64,000 nt of DNA. It comes from Candidatus Nomurabacteria bacterium. GTDB taxonomy: Bacteria; Patescibacteriota; Minisyncoccia; Phycocordibacterales; UBA918. Positions within the stretch are counted from its first letter, which is position 1; every line of letters starts with the position of its first letter. The position numbers and the translations under genes were made by a program. Of this stretch, positions 28,541 to 37,042 are shown piece by piece. A model generated the notes under the pieces. It saw only the letters and a program-made list of their open reading frames with translations, was not told where the DNA came from and did no database searches. The stretch covers positions 3,325 through 67,324 of the forward strand of contig JACKGC010000002.1 in assembly GCA_020632135.1 (NCBI GenBank), in the 5' to 3' direction.

Positions 28541-30100
28541 ATGATCGAGTTTTGGCGCCAGTATGTGTCAGTCACCGTACTGACCGGCGCGTGGTCGCAT
28601 TTTCAGATCTACGTGATGTACGCGTGGACAGTAATGTTGCCACGCGCCCTCGGGGCCGGAGTATTCTATAGCTTCCGGCCAGCCAAACCAACCAAGCTTA
28701 CCGTGCAATACGGGCTCGCACTTATCCTGGCGCTGGTGTTGTTCATTGTCCCAACGGTATTTTGGGCCAAAGAGCTGATCAGTGGCTGGTATGTACTTGC
28801 TGGGGTGGTTGTGGGCATGTTGCTGGTGGCACCACCGGTCCGACGTCGGATCATTCGGTTTACCTTCCAGTCAACCTACTACGCCAAGCATGTGCGGATC
28901 GTGCCGCAGGAAGGCCCGGTCTGTGCTCAGAGAATGGTGGCTATGATGACGATCTTTGATGAAGATCCAGATTTTTTGGATCGGAGTCTGAGAAATATTC
29001 GGCGTTCGCTTGGAGCGGCACCGGGTGACTTCGTGCTCATAGCGATCATCGATGGCTACGGCAACTTTCAGCACGCTGAAGCAGCGATTCCGGTGGCCAA
29101 GCGTCACTGTGATATCGTGATGACCACCAATGCTCAGAAAAAACGGGCTGGTCTTGAAGCTATGGGGCTTGAAGCATACAGTCGAGGGTTGATCACGACC
29201 GGGGAGGAGATCATTCATCTGATCGACTCTGACACCAAACCGGCAAGTGATCAAGTGGCCTCTGAGTTAAACCGTCCGTTCGCAGATCAGACTATTGGAG
29301 GAGTGACCACGGCACAGTATATCGATAACCCGCAATCATTTGCACAGCATGTGATGCAGATATTTGAGACGATCAGGAACTTCGGTTCACAGGCATTCAT
29401 GAGCCTGTTTGGTTCGATCGGGTGTCTGCCGGGTCGTTGGTATGCAGTACGAGCAAAGTATCTCACTAAGGAGGTGTTCCACGATCTCAACTCTCACTCG
29501 TTCAGCTGGTTTGGATTATTCCGGCACATTAGTAAAGCAGGCGATGATCGTCATATTACCGAGGCTGTTTTAAAAGCTGGAGGCAAGACGATCCTAGCGC
29601 CTGACGCGGTTGTGTTTACCGGTGCACCGTATCACTTCAACGATATGCGGAAGATGGTGACTCGGTGGGCTCGTTCGTCAAACGGCTACACGTTTCGGGC
29701 GTGGTGGCTATTTCGGCCAGCGCATTGGGCGACTGCGTTTGTCTACTGGGGGAACATTGGATTGGCATTCGGGACCGTGTACATTGTGTTTCCGTATCTG
29801 CTCTACCAGTTCTTCTTCGGTGATCGGGATATCTTGCTCATCGAAGCTGCGCTGTTCATGTTCCTGAGTATGGCGATGACCATGACATTCAGGTTTATAC
29901 CAGTGTGGAGTCGGCAGTTGTATTACCTGCTCTACATGCCTGTCATGGGCTTTGTCGGGATCTTCATGCAGGTGATCCAAGTGGTCGGTATTGTCACGCA
30001 TGTGCACAAGATCGGGAACTGGGATACGCGCGGTGCTGATGTTGGGGCGAAGGATATCAAGCCAATGTGTAAGGTGATCTACGTACGACCGACGACTTGA
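28541..30100 (+). CDS. Processive family-2 glycosyltransferase (hyaluronan/chitin/NodC-synthase-like), integral membrane
   Basis: AGGAGG RBS before ATG 28541; the ORF-track start 28391 overlaps the upstream gene. Motifs DSDT, GDDRHIT and RKMVTRWARS (QxxRW-like), with flanking TM helices. Confidence 0.8.
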   Translation: MIEFWRQYVSVTVLTGAWSHFQIYVMYAWTVMLPRALGAGVFYSFRPAKPTKLTVQYGLALILALVLFIVPTVFWAKELISGWYVLAGVVVGMLLVAPPVRRRIIRFTFQSTYYAKHVRIVPQEGPVCAQRMVAMMTIFDEDPDFLDRSLRNIRRSLGAAPGDFVLIAIIDGYGNFQHAEAAIPVAKRHCDIVMTTNAQKKRAGLEAMGLEAYSRGLITTGEEIIHLIDSDTKPASDQVASELNRPFADQTIGGVTTAQYIDNPQSFAQHVMQIFETIRNFGSQAFMSLFGSIGCLPGRWYAVRAKYLTKEVFHDLNSHSFSWFGLFRHISKAGDDRHITEAVLKAGGKTILAPDAVVFTGAPYHFNDMRKMVTRWARSSNGYTFRAWWLFRPAHWATAFVYWGNIGLAFGTVYIVFPYLLYQFFFGDRDILLIEAALFMFLSMAMTMTFRFIPVWSRQLYYLLYMPVMGFVGIFMQVIQVVGIVTHVHKIGNWDTRGADVGAKDIKPMCKVIYVRPTT

Positions 30101-30187
30101 CAGGAAATCGCGACGTGACAGAATGAAGGACAGGAAGCGTAGTAGTTCGTGTGTAACACAGTTCTTAAGAAATTAGGAGGTGTCAAA

Positions 30188-30460
30188 ATGACACAAAATG
30201 TTTTGGGCTCAGCCCAAAAAGTACCCTGGTGGTACGGTCTCACTCGTGAGGCACGGCTGATCCGTCGCTTCCATGCACTGAAGGCAGCGGGGCAGACCCC
30301 GGCTATTCGCCTCAAAGGCGAGCAGCTTGCTGCGGAAGCATTGGAAGCTCCGGCTCGTCCGGGTGGTTCCTGGAAAGTGTTCCAGGAACATCGAGAAGTT
30401 CCGGTTACGACCGCCACGATCGACAAGCTCGATTGGTCTCGGAGCCTCTACAACGACTGA
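30188..30460 (+). CDS. Hypothetical protein
   Basis: AGGAGG 7 nt upstream of ATG 30188. A terminator follows. Confidence 0.5.
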   Translation: MTQNVLGSAQKVPWWYGLTREARLIRRFHALKAAGQTPAIRLKGEQLAAEALEAPARPGGSWKVFQEHREVPVTTATIDKLDWSRSLYND

Positions 30461-30490
30461 TCCTCTCTCGCTCCTTGCGGAGCAATAACC

Positions 30491-30518
30491 AAAGCGGTGT
30501 CTACGGACACCGCTTTTT
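30491..30518 (+). terminator. Rho-independent terminator
   Basis: AAAGCGGTGTC-tacg-GACACCGCTTTTT. Confidence 0.75.
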
Positions 30519-30627
30519 CTATGGGATATATTATGTGCACCATTGACTATTGACAAAAAATGTGGTGGGAGTATGATTATTGTGTAGGGTGAATTTCCGC
30601 ATGACCCTAAATGAGGAGGGGAGTCCT

Positions 30628-30894
30628 ATGAACATTTGTACAGCAAACACGGCACAATGTGTGACTTGGTTGTTGGCAGCTAGTGCTTTCATTCATGGAT
30701 GGATGCTCAGGTGGCAGTACCGCTCTAACGGTGGTGGGAATCACTGTATGGCAAAAGTTGGCCTTCATCACTACCCGGTGATTGATAAGGTTGACGAAGA
30801 TCACTACAAGCTGCATGAGATCTCTTATGGTACACAGGTAGTGCCTGCAAACAAGATCAGTCGGATCGACGGTATTGACTCGACGGTTATCTGA
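30628..30894 (+). CDS. Hypothetical small protein
   Basis: GAGGAGGGG RBS upstream of ATG 30628. A terminator follows. Confidence 0.45.
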   Translation: MNICTANTAQCVTWLLAASAFIHGWMLRWQYRSNGGGNHCMAKVGLHHYPVIDKVDEDHYKLHEISYGTQVVPANKISRIDGIDSTVI

Positions 30895-30900
30895 ATACCC

Positions 30901-30926
30901 ATGACGGCGAGCTTCGCTCGCCGTCA
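30901..30926. terminator. Bidirectional terminator
   Basis: ATGACGGCGAG-cttc-GCTCGCCGTCAT followed by ATTCTTTTT. Confidence 0.7.
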
Positions 30927-30934
30927 TATTCTTT

Positions 30935-31597
30935 TTACCACTCAATTGGCGACAATTGGTGGTTTTTTAAATATGTATTGGTCTTCGAAAAATGTTTGCA
31001 GCCCAAGAAACCCCGATGTGCTGATAGTGGGGAAGGGTGCGGTGCTTCAAGGATGAGGTGCCTACTAGTGTCGATCAGTGCGGCCTTTGAGCGAGCGTAG
31101 CTCCCCCAGAGCAAAAAGACTACGCATTCTTTCTGGTCGGAGATGGTTTTAATCACGGCATCAGTAAACAACTCCCAGCCAAGACCTTGGTGGCTGCCGG
31201 CATTGCCAGCTTCGACGGTGAGTGTGGCATTGAGAAGTAGTACGCCCTGTTTGGCCCACCGTTCGAGGTTGCCGCTAGCTGGAACTTCGATTCCTAGATC
31301 TGCTTTGATCTCCTTGTAGATGTTTTGGAGAGATGGTGGCGTGCGTACACCGTCTGGCACTGAGAAGGAAAGTCCATGAGCCTGGCTCGGGCCGTGGTAC
31401 GGATCTTGCCCGAGGATCACTACTTTCACTTGATCAAATGGACAGAGCGTAAACGCACTGAAAACATTTTTAGGAGCGGGGTAGACAACTTTCGAGAGAT
31501 ACGCTGCTTTCACTTTGGCAGAGAGATCAGCGAAATAGTCTTTCTCAAATTCTGCAGCTAACGCAGCTTTCCACGACGGCTCAATTTTTACTTCCAT
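30935..31597 (-). CDS. ung: Uracil-DNA glycosylase, family 1
   Basis: GQDPYHGPSQAHGLSFSV and HPSPLSA motifs. Confidence 0.95.
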   Translation of the reverse strand: MEVKIEPSWKAALAAEFEKDYFADLSAKVKAAYLSKVVYPAPKNVFSAFTLCPFDQVKVVILGQDPYHGPSQAHGLSFSVPDGVRTPPSLQNIYKEIKADLGIEVPASGNLERWAKQGVLLLNATLTVEAGNAGSHQGLGWELFTDAVIKTISDQKECVVFLLWGSYARSKAALIDTSRHLILEAPHPSPLSAHRGFLGCKHFSKTNTYLKNHQLSPIEW

Positions 31598-31617
31598 GAG
31601 GGGATTATACTAAAGCT

Positions 31618-31842
31618 ATGAAAGATTCACGAATTCGAAGTTTTGTAAAAGGGATCACCTGGCGCTTCATAGCGACTGCTACTGGTGCCGGTATTACGTA
31701 CTTCCTTACCGGCAGCCACGAGTTAGCCGCGTCATTTATTTTGTTTGACATTGTCCTCAAGCTACTTTTCTACTACGGCCACGAGCGCGCCTGGGGAAGA
31801 GTGACGTGGGGAAGAGCAGTGGTGCCAGTAAAGACCAAGTGA
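31618..31842 (+). CDS. DUF2061-like small membrane protein
   Basis: RSFVKGITWRFIAT...YYGHERAWGRV pattern, recalled for DUF2061. Confidence 0.65.
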   Translation: MKDSRIRSFVKGITWRFIATATGAGITYFLTGSHELAASFILFDIVLKLLFYYGHERAWGRVTWGRAVVPVKTK

Positions 31843-31861
31843 CAAGTCTGCGAAGGAAAGT

Positions 31862-31907
31862 GCGAAGGAAAGGCCTCCGCAAAAATTTGCGGAGGCCTTT
31901 CCTTCGC
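31862..31907. repeat. 46-nt perfect palindrome built from a REP-like unit GCGAAGGAAAGGCCTCCGCAAA; probably also a bidirectional terminator
   Basis: 31862-31883 is the reverse complement of 31886-31907. The same unit recurs at 62585-62608 and 62623-62645. Confidence 0.7.
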
Positions 31908-31910
31908 TAG

Positions 31911-32774
31911 CTATTTTTGACAGCCTGGACAGTAGTGGGTCCCGCGTCCGGCGCAGCGGATCTTTTTAATGGTTCCACCACAGCGCGGGCACTTGGTGCC
32001 GTGTTGACCAAAGACTTTCAGGTAGTCGGTGAAGTTACCGTTTTCACCACCAGTGTCTTTGAAATGCTGGAACGTTGTGCCGCCAACGGCGATGGATTCT
32101 TTCATGACGTCTCCGGCGGCGGCGCACAGCGCCGCCGCCTCTTTCTTGGTGACCCGATCAGCCCGCCTGGTCGGACGCACGCCCGCACGCCAAAGTGCTT
32201 CATCCACATAAATATTTCCGAGCCCTGCAATGAATGACTGGTCCAAGAGGGCTGCTTTCACTGGAGTTTTTCTCTTCCGGAGCCGATCAGCGAACCACTC
32301 ACAATCAAAATTGTCGCTGATCGGCTCCGGCCCAAACCCAGCTTTTGCTTGTTCCATCTCAGAGCGATTCACTACCTTAGTGTATCCAAACAGCCGCATG
32401 TCATTGAAGTACAGCGTGGTGTGGTCGGTAAAGTGAAACGCAACGCGGGTGTGCTTCATTGGTAGGTCCATATCGGCGGCGGTCATAGAATGACCGCCGC
32501 CCGTCACCTCCGTATCAGCCCCAACATAGAAAAACTGCCCAGTCATCTTGAGGTGTGCTAAGAGAAACAGATCATCTTCACTCTCAAAACAAAAGATCAT
32601 CAGCTTCCCGACACGGTCTATATCAGCGATCGTCTTATCTCGTAATTTCTCTTCAATCACTTCGTCATGAGCGACTGTTTTATTATGAAAAACCTCGACG
32701 GAGTCAATAGTTTTACCAATTACTTTACGCAAGAGTTGCAGTCGTACAGTCTCTACTTCTGGGAGTTCTGGCAT
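31911..32774 (-). CDS. mutM: Formamidopyrimidine-DNA glycosylase
   Basis: MPELPEVETV N-terminus and the C-terminal zinc finger CPRCGGTIKKIRCAGRGTHYCPGCQ. Confidence 0.93.
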   Translation of the reverse strand: MPELPEVETVRLQLLRKVIGKTIDSVEVFHNKTVAHDEVIEEKLRDKTIADIDRVGKLMIFCFESEDDLFLLAHLKMTGQFFYVGADTEVTGGGHSMTAADMDLPMKHTRVAFHFTDHTTLYFNDMRLFGYTKVVNRSEMEQAKAGFGPEPISDNFDCEWFADRLRKRKTPVKAALLDQSFIAGLGNIYVDEALWRAGVRPTRRADRVTKKEAAALCAAAGDVMKESIAVGGTTFQHFKDTGGENGNFTDYLKVFGQHGTKCPRCGGTIKKIRCAGRGTHYCPGCQK

Positions 32775-32833
32775 GGCGGCATTGTACCCAAGTTAGGCTA
32801 TTTTTGCGACCGGGCAGGACATATAATTTGTAC

Positions 32834-33082
32834 ATGTCTCGCAAAGTCAACAAAAAGAAACGCTATGAGGTAATGTTCGAATTTCTCCTGTTTGGTATTG
32901 TAATTGGCGTGACCGAGGATCTGCTGGCAGTTCATCTGACGACAGGAGAGACTGTTACCTGGTCGATGATCGGTATCGTGATCTTGCTGGCCATTCCGTT
33001 TGCCATTATTGGTGAACTGATCGCTGACCACGTGGACTTTGTGAAGGTCTATGAGCGAATTACAGGCCGCCGCAAGCGATGA
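32834..33082 (+). CDS. Small membrane protein, hypothetical
   Basis: Two predicted TM helices (FEFLLFGIVIGV..., MIGIVILLAIPFAIIG). Start at ATG 32834. Confidence 0.45.
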   Translation: MSRKVNKKKRYEVMFEFLLFGIVIGVTEDLLAVHLTTGETVTWSMIGIVILLAIPFAIIGELIADHVDFVKVYERITGRRKR

Positions 33083-33165
33083 ACAGTTCTTAGTTGAAAT
33101 GTGGCTAAAAATCTGTAGAATAGCGGGTACTTAGCTTTTTGCTGAGTACTAGAGCTATATATTAT

Positions 33166-33237
33166 TCCGCGGTAGCTCAGCGGTAGAGCAGTCGGCTGTT
33201 AACCGATTGGTCGCAGGTTCGAATCCTGCCCGCGGAG
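33166..33237 (+). tRNA. tRNA-Asn (anticodon GTT)
   Basis: Hand-folded cloverleaf: acceptor TCCGCGG/CCGCGGA, D-arm GCTC..GAGC, anticodon stem GTCGG/CCGAT with loop CTGTTAA, T-arm GCAGG-TTCGAAT-CCTGC, discriminator G. Confidence 0.9.
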
Positions 33238-34812
33238 CAATACAGAACTCTGAGAGTACAAATCGCTATAAAACTGTTGCCTGTCAACGGTTTTTTGCGG
33301 TTCGAACCTATCGTGAATTTGCTTTACTTCAACAGAAGCCTTTTCAATGGCTTGAAGCATATCTGGCATGATAATAAAGAGTTTTTTGTCTACAAGCTTG
33401 AGGTTCGAACCTAGCATGAACAACATCTCTTTTCTGGTTCGTAATGATCCGTTTTTAAACCTCTTGTAGGCATCCTCGGCAAAAGTGAGATATTTTTCTG
33501 CATTGTTAAACCACTCTGTCGTACGTTCATTAGTGTTTCTAACTAGAGACTCTTGTCTAGACTTCTCCTGAAGTAGTTTTGCCTTTCTAGTTTTGAACTC
33601 TTCTGCACTAATTTCTTGGCTTGCCCTAAGATCAATGAGGTTGTCTATCTTTTGCAGGAGGTCTCCTAACTTTTGCTGTTGATTAAGGATAATCTTTTTT
33701 CTTGCTTTGACCTCTCGATTGTTATCCTCTTTAAGCCGGGTCATTGCCCAATTAAAAAACTCTTCAGGTATATCAATGCTTAACATTGATTTAGCTATCT
33801 GTTTTTCAAGCTTCTTCTCCTCAATTACCTTCTGTGAACAGTTGGGGTCTTTCCGCTTCGTACAGTGATAATAAACATAATGCCTCTCTATGCCGTTTTT
33901 CTGACGCTTTACTTTGTTTTCTGCTGTAATCATGGCACCACATTCGCCACAGATGATGGGACCTTTGTATGGGAAGTTGTAAGTTTTAGGACGAGTATTG
34001 TGTTTACCACCTAAAATATCCTGTACACTCTCGAACTCCTCTCTAGTGACCATTGGGTCGTGTTTGCCTTGGTACCAATTACCACTGCCTTTTGGGTATT
34101 CAAATACGCCATAATAGAAAGGATCAGATAGTATCCTGTAAATGTTACTCTTTGAGACAGCCTTTTCTTTGCGGTTTAACAAACCCCATTCTTCAGTGGC
34201 AATTTTGAGCACTTGAGGGGGTGTATAAGCACCTGTGAGCATTAAGTCCCATATCTTTCTGACTAAGTCGTATCTTTCAGGGTCTTTGACTATCTCTTTG
34301 TCTCCTTTGTTTTTGTAAGGATTGTGCATGTATCCAATAGTAGCCCATGCCGGGTACCACCCTCTTTCTGCTTTTGCTTTCAACCCTCGCTTTGTGTCGG
34401 TGCGTAAGTCTCGGATAAATTGGTTTGCTACACCAAACTCAACCTGCATCATCAGTACGTTATCGTCTGACTTGTAGTCTCTACCGTAGGTTTGTATGTG
34501 TTCGATGACATTCTCCTGTAACATCCAGCTGATATTTCCACCATCTATGGGATTGCGGGCAAGTCGGTTAAGTTTCCAGCAGAGTATACCAGTAGCTTCA
34601 CCCGAAGAAATGCGCATTAGCATGTCATTAAAAACAGGTCGTCCGGGAGCTTTGGCTGATCGTGACTCCTCAAACACTTCTACAACGTTTAACTTTTTAT
34701 CCTTGGCTAGCTCACGTAATTCACTAACCTGAGCATCAATAGACGCCATTTGCCGGTCTTCGTTTTCTGAAGACTTTCGAGCATAGATGAAGTATTTATC
34801 TGCGGCGTTCAT
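33199..34812 (-). CDS. Large serine recombinase (resolvase/invertase N-domain, recombinase domain, zinc ribbon, coiled coil)
   Basis: YARKSSENEDRQMASIDAQ (catalytic Ser region), CGECGAMITAE...YYHC zinc ribbon and a long helical C-terminus. The last 16 codons (SSVLLRGQDSNLRPIG*) are encoded on the complement of the tRNA-Asn. Confidence 0.9.
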   Translation of the reverse strand: MNAADKYFIYARKSSENEDRQMASIDAQVSELRELAKDKKLNVVEVFEESRSAKAPGRPVFNDMLMRISSGEATGILCWKLNRLARNPIDGGNISWMLQENVIEHIQTYGRDYKSDDNVLMMQVEFGVANQFIRDLRTDTKRGLKAKAERGWYPAWATIGYMHNPYKNKGDKEIVKDPERYDLVRKIWDLMLTGAYTPPQVLKIATEEWGLLNRKEKAVSKSNIYRILSDPFYYGVFEYPKGSGNWYQGKHDPMVTREEFESVQDILGGKHNTRPKTYNFPYKGPIICGECGAMITAENKVKRQKNGIERHYVYYHCTKRKDPNCSQKVIEEKKLEKQIAKSMLSIDIPEEFFNWAMTRLKEDNNREVKARKKIILNQQQKLGDLLQKIDNLIDLRASQEISAEEFKTRKAKLLQEKSRQESLVRNTNERTTEWFNNAEKYLTFAEDAYKRFKNGSLRTRKEMLFMLGSNLKLVDKKLFIIMPDMLQAIEKASVEVKQIHDRFEPQKTVDRQQFYSDLYSQSSVLLRGQDSNLRPIG

Positions 34813-35660
34813 AAAACTATTATATCCTCTTTAAAGGGAATGATTGTTGTTGCCCTCTTTCCTAATCTTTTTTGGACTAAGCTGTTGAAAAATGCCGGAG
34901 GGTTATTTTTATGTCTTCCGTCTAATTTCTCAAACTCATCAAAAGCGTCTTCTAGTACTCCTGTTCCGTGTTTCCGGTAAACATTCAGATAAAAACCAAT
35001 CTGCGTGTCACCTACCTGCATCGCTATCTTGAGACACTTTTCTTCTTCATAAGTCTCCGGCACAAAGTGATTTGTATGAAGCTTTACTTTTTGGGGTGAA
35101 GAGGGGAGCGATCGGTTATCTTTTTCTTTTTCAGTATTAGTATCGTTATTAGGACCTCTGATTATTTCTCCGACTTGTTTGAACTTTGAACCTTTGTTTA
35201 CAATGATATTTTTGGGATGAAACCTCTGACTATGGGCATGAAACTCTACTTTGACCTCTGGCTCGATCTCTTCCTTGTTAGGTGTTAAACCTCTGCCTAT
35301 TTCATCTGTGAAGAAGTGGTTCAAGGTTTTAATCTTCCCACCAGACAATAGCCAATCTCCCATATGGACCTCAAACGAACCTCTGCGTCCGGTTCGGCTT
35401 TGATACCATATGTACCTCTTACTCTTTAGTGATAGGAGTAGTTTATTGATGTAGCTCTTGTCGACGTGTGTGTTGAAGGTGTCGTCTGCTAAGCCGTCTA
35501 GAGTCACAACAGCTACGCCATATGGGTTGCCCGATGACCTAAGGACCAACAAGAGGTTCCTTTCGGGTTTTGTGATCTTGCCATTTCTATAATCACTCAT
35601 TATGTAGCGAGGGACCGTTACGTAGTCTAGTCTCTGTTTCTCCATACTCGTCATTATCAT
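34809..35660 (-). CDS. Hypothetical protein, possible winged-helix DNA-binding (replication or regulatory) protein
   Basis: 283 aa. 4-nt overlap with the recombinase start (coupled). N-terminal region KPERNLLLVLRSSGNPYGVAVVTLDGLADD. Confidence 0.55.
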   Translation of the reverse strand: MIMTSMEKQRLDYVTVPRYIMSDYRNGKITKPERNLLLVLRSSGNPYGVAVVTLDGLADDTFNTHVDKSYINKLLLSLKSKRYIWYQSRTGRRGSFEVHMGDWLLSGGKIKTLNHFFTDEIGRGLTPNKEEIEPEVKVEFHAHSQRFHPKNIIVNKGSKFKQVGEIIRGPNNDTNTEKEKDNRSLPSSPQKVKLHTNHFVPETYEEEKCLKIAMQVGDTQIGFYLNVYRKHGTGVLEDAFDEFEKLDGRHKNNPPAFFNSLVQKRLGKRATTIIPFKEDIIVL

Positions 35661-35796
35661 TTTCTAGTAAAACAATCTCCAATAATCGACATAACCTAAG
35701 ACCCTTTTTAAGAGCTTCATCACGACCTAACACAACCCCGTATCTTTTACGGTACATCTCTATGAACTCGTCGATGTGTTGGCCTGTAAGCTTCAT
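35593..35796 (-). CDS. Hypothetical small protein
   Basis: 67-aa ORF. Overlaps the downstream ORF start by ~68 nt in another frame. Confidence 0.35.
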   Translation of the reverse strand: MKLTGQHIDEFIEMYRKRYGVVLGRDEALKKGLRLCRLLEIVLLENDNDEYGETETRLRNGPSLHNE

Positions 35797-35835
35797 GTGT
35801 GGGTGGCGTGTGAGCGAGGTTTGGTGATTTAAAAA

Positions 35836-35893
35836 ACCGTATCTCGCTTAACAGGTCCTGAACGCCTTCGGTTCCTGCTAAGCGAGATACGGT
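35836..35893 (-). terminator. Rho-independent terminator (20-bp stem, 1 mismatch)
   Basis: ACCGTATCTCGCTTAACAGG / CCTGCTAAGCGAGATACGGT. T-run on the minus strand (complement of A 35831-35836). Confidence 0.7.
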
Positions 35894-35982
35894 CTCTTTA
35901 GATAAGGTGGCGTTCGTGGGACCAAAAAGTCACACTGTCGCCAGCTTACAAAAACGCCCTGTTTAAAAATGTTCCAAACAGT

Positions 35983-36711
35983 TTATAAGGTTCGGTATAT
36001 GTCCCCTTTATTCCATTTAAAGACATCGTCGGGGAGAAATTTTTTTATATCGCCCACTCTTCTGTTTATGTGATAAATGACTTGTCTCACAGCCTCCTTA
36101 TCTTTTTTGCTGAGCTCGTCTTCGTCAATGCCCGTCAGTTCAGTAGCAATATCTTCCCATCTTACAATTTCACCAACATCCGCTTCTAACATCATAGAGA
36201 GGGCGAGATACTCTCGTTTTGATCTTTCTATTGTAAAGACTGTTATCGACCCGGAGCTCAGGACGCCAGTTTCTTTATCAAACTCCAATGGTTCGGTCAG
36301 TGGTGGAGGAAGTAAATTTGCTAACTCAATTAGTTCGTCTCTTTGTCTAGTTAGTTCTTCTAATATTTCCGCACATCGCCGCTCGCCAACTTCTGTAGGG
36401 AAGCCTAACGCACAAGCTGCGAAAGAGAAGTCTGTAGATTTAGGGTCTAGAAACTTGTTCTTTGAATATGGCCCAAAATACTCTTTGTAATAACTGACAA
36501 ACTGATATACATGTACTTTCCATACAAGGTATTTATCATGCAAGTCACAGTAAAACCTTTCTGAGGGCTTTCTGTGGCGATATCGTATTTGATCAATGAT
36601 TGCGTTACTTTGCGCAATGAGCTCATTTACTTGATCATGTGGCTTTTCGTCTGAGTCTTGTTGATCTGAAACAGATGTTGTGTCTTTGGATGGTTCACTA
36701 TTATTACTCAT
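35983..36711 (-). CDS. Hypothetical protein with a C-terminal winged-helix-like region
   Basis: 242 aa. The C-terminal FTIERSKREYLALSMMLEADVGEIVRWEDIA...VRQVIYHINRRV resembles an OmpR-type wHTH. Confidence 0.5.
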   Translation of the reverse strand: MSNNSEPSKDTTSVSDQQDSDEKPHDQVNELIAQSNAIIDQIRYRHRKPSERFYCDLHDKYLVWKVHVYQFVSYYKEYFGPYSKNKFLDPKSTDFSFAACALGFPTEVGERRCAEILEELTRQRDELIELANLLPPPLTEPLEFDKETGVLSSGSITVFTIERSKREYLALSMMLEADVGEIVRWEDIATELTGIDEDELSKKDKEAVRQVIYHINRRVGDIKKFLPDDVFKWNKGDIYRTL

Positions 36712-37042
36712 ATTGGCGTTCAGGATGAGATTGTTACAGATTACACCTAATTATCTTGTTTTGCATGGTTTTGAGGAGTCTTCGGGTAAGGAGAAAGTTT
36801 GTGTGATAGTGTTGCTTCATTATGGGGAAAGTTAGTGCTAGACTACTTAGACAACTAAATATTTCAGTGGCCTAACCCGCAGTCGTGAGATAGCGGCATG
36901 GTTTAAAACCGATCAAAGATAGAGAACCCATCATATGGGAGCACTTTGATCGGTCCTGTCGGGAAACTGGCAGTGGGTAGCTGAGCTACCGCCCATGTGG
37001 TGGGCTTTGTGTATCTCAGCTTCATAAAAACCGATCAAAATT

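Noticed and set aside
33297-33411. Two GGTTCGAACCTA palindromic motifs ~100 bp apart inside the recombinase gene, reminiscent of the att T-loop sequence
   Set aside because: They lie within coding sequence (DRFEPQ and LGSNLK codons) and match the att core over only ~9 nt. They are probably coincidental.
36975-36995. 13-nt match (GCGGTAGCTCAGC, minus strand) to the 5' acceptor/D-arm of tRNA-Asn inside the element 1 intergenic region
   Set aside because: The surrounding sequence does not fold into a cloverleaf; the match is part of a local GGTAGC-tga-GCTACC hairpin. It could be a remnant or coincidence, and the evidence is too weak to call.
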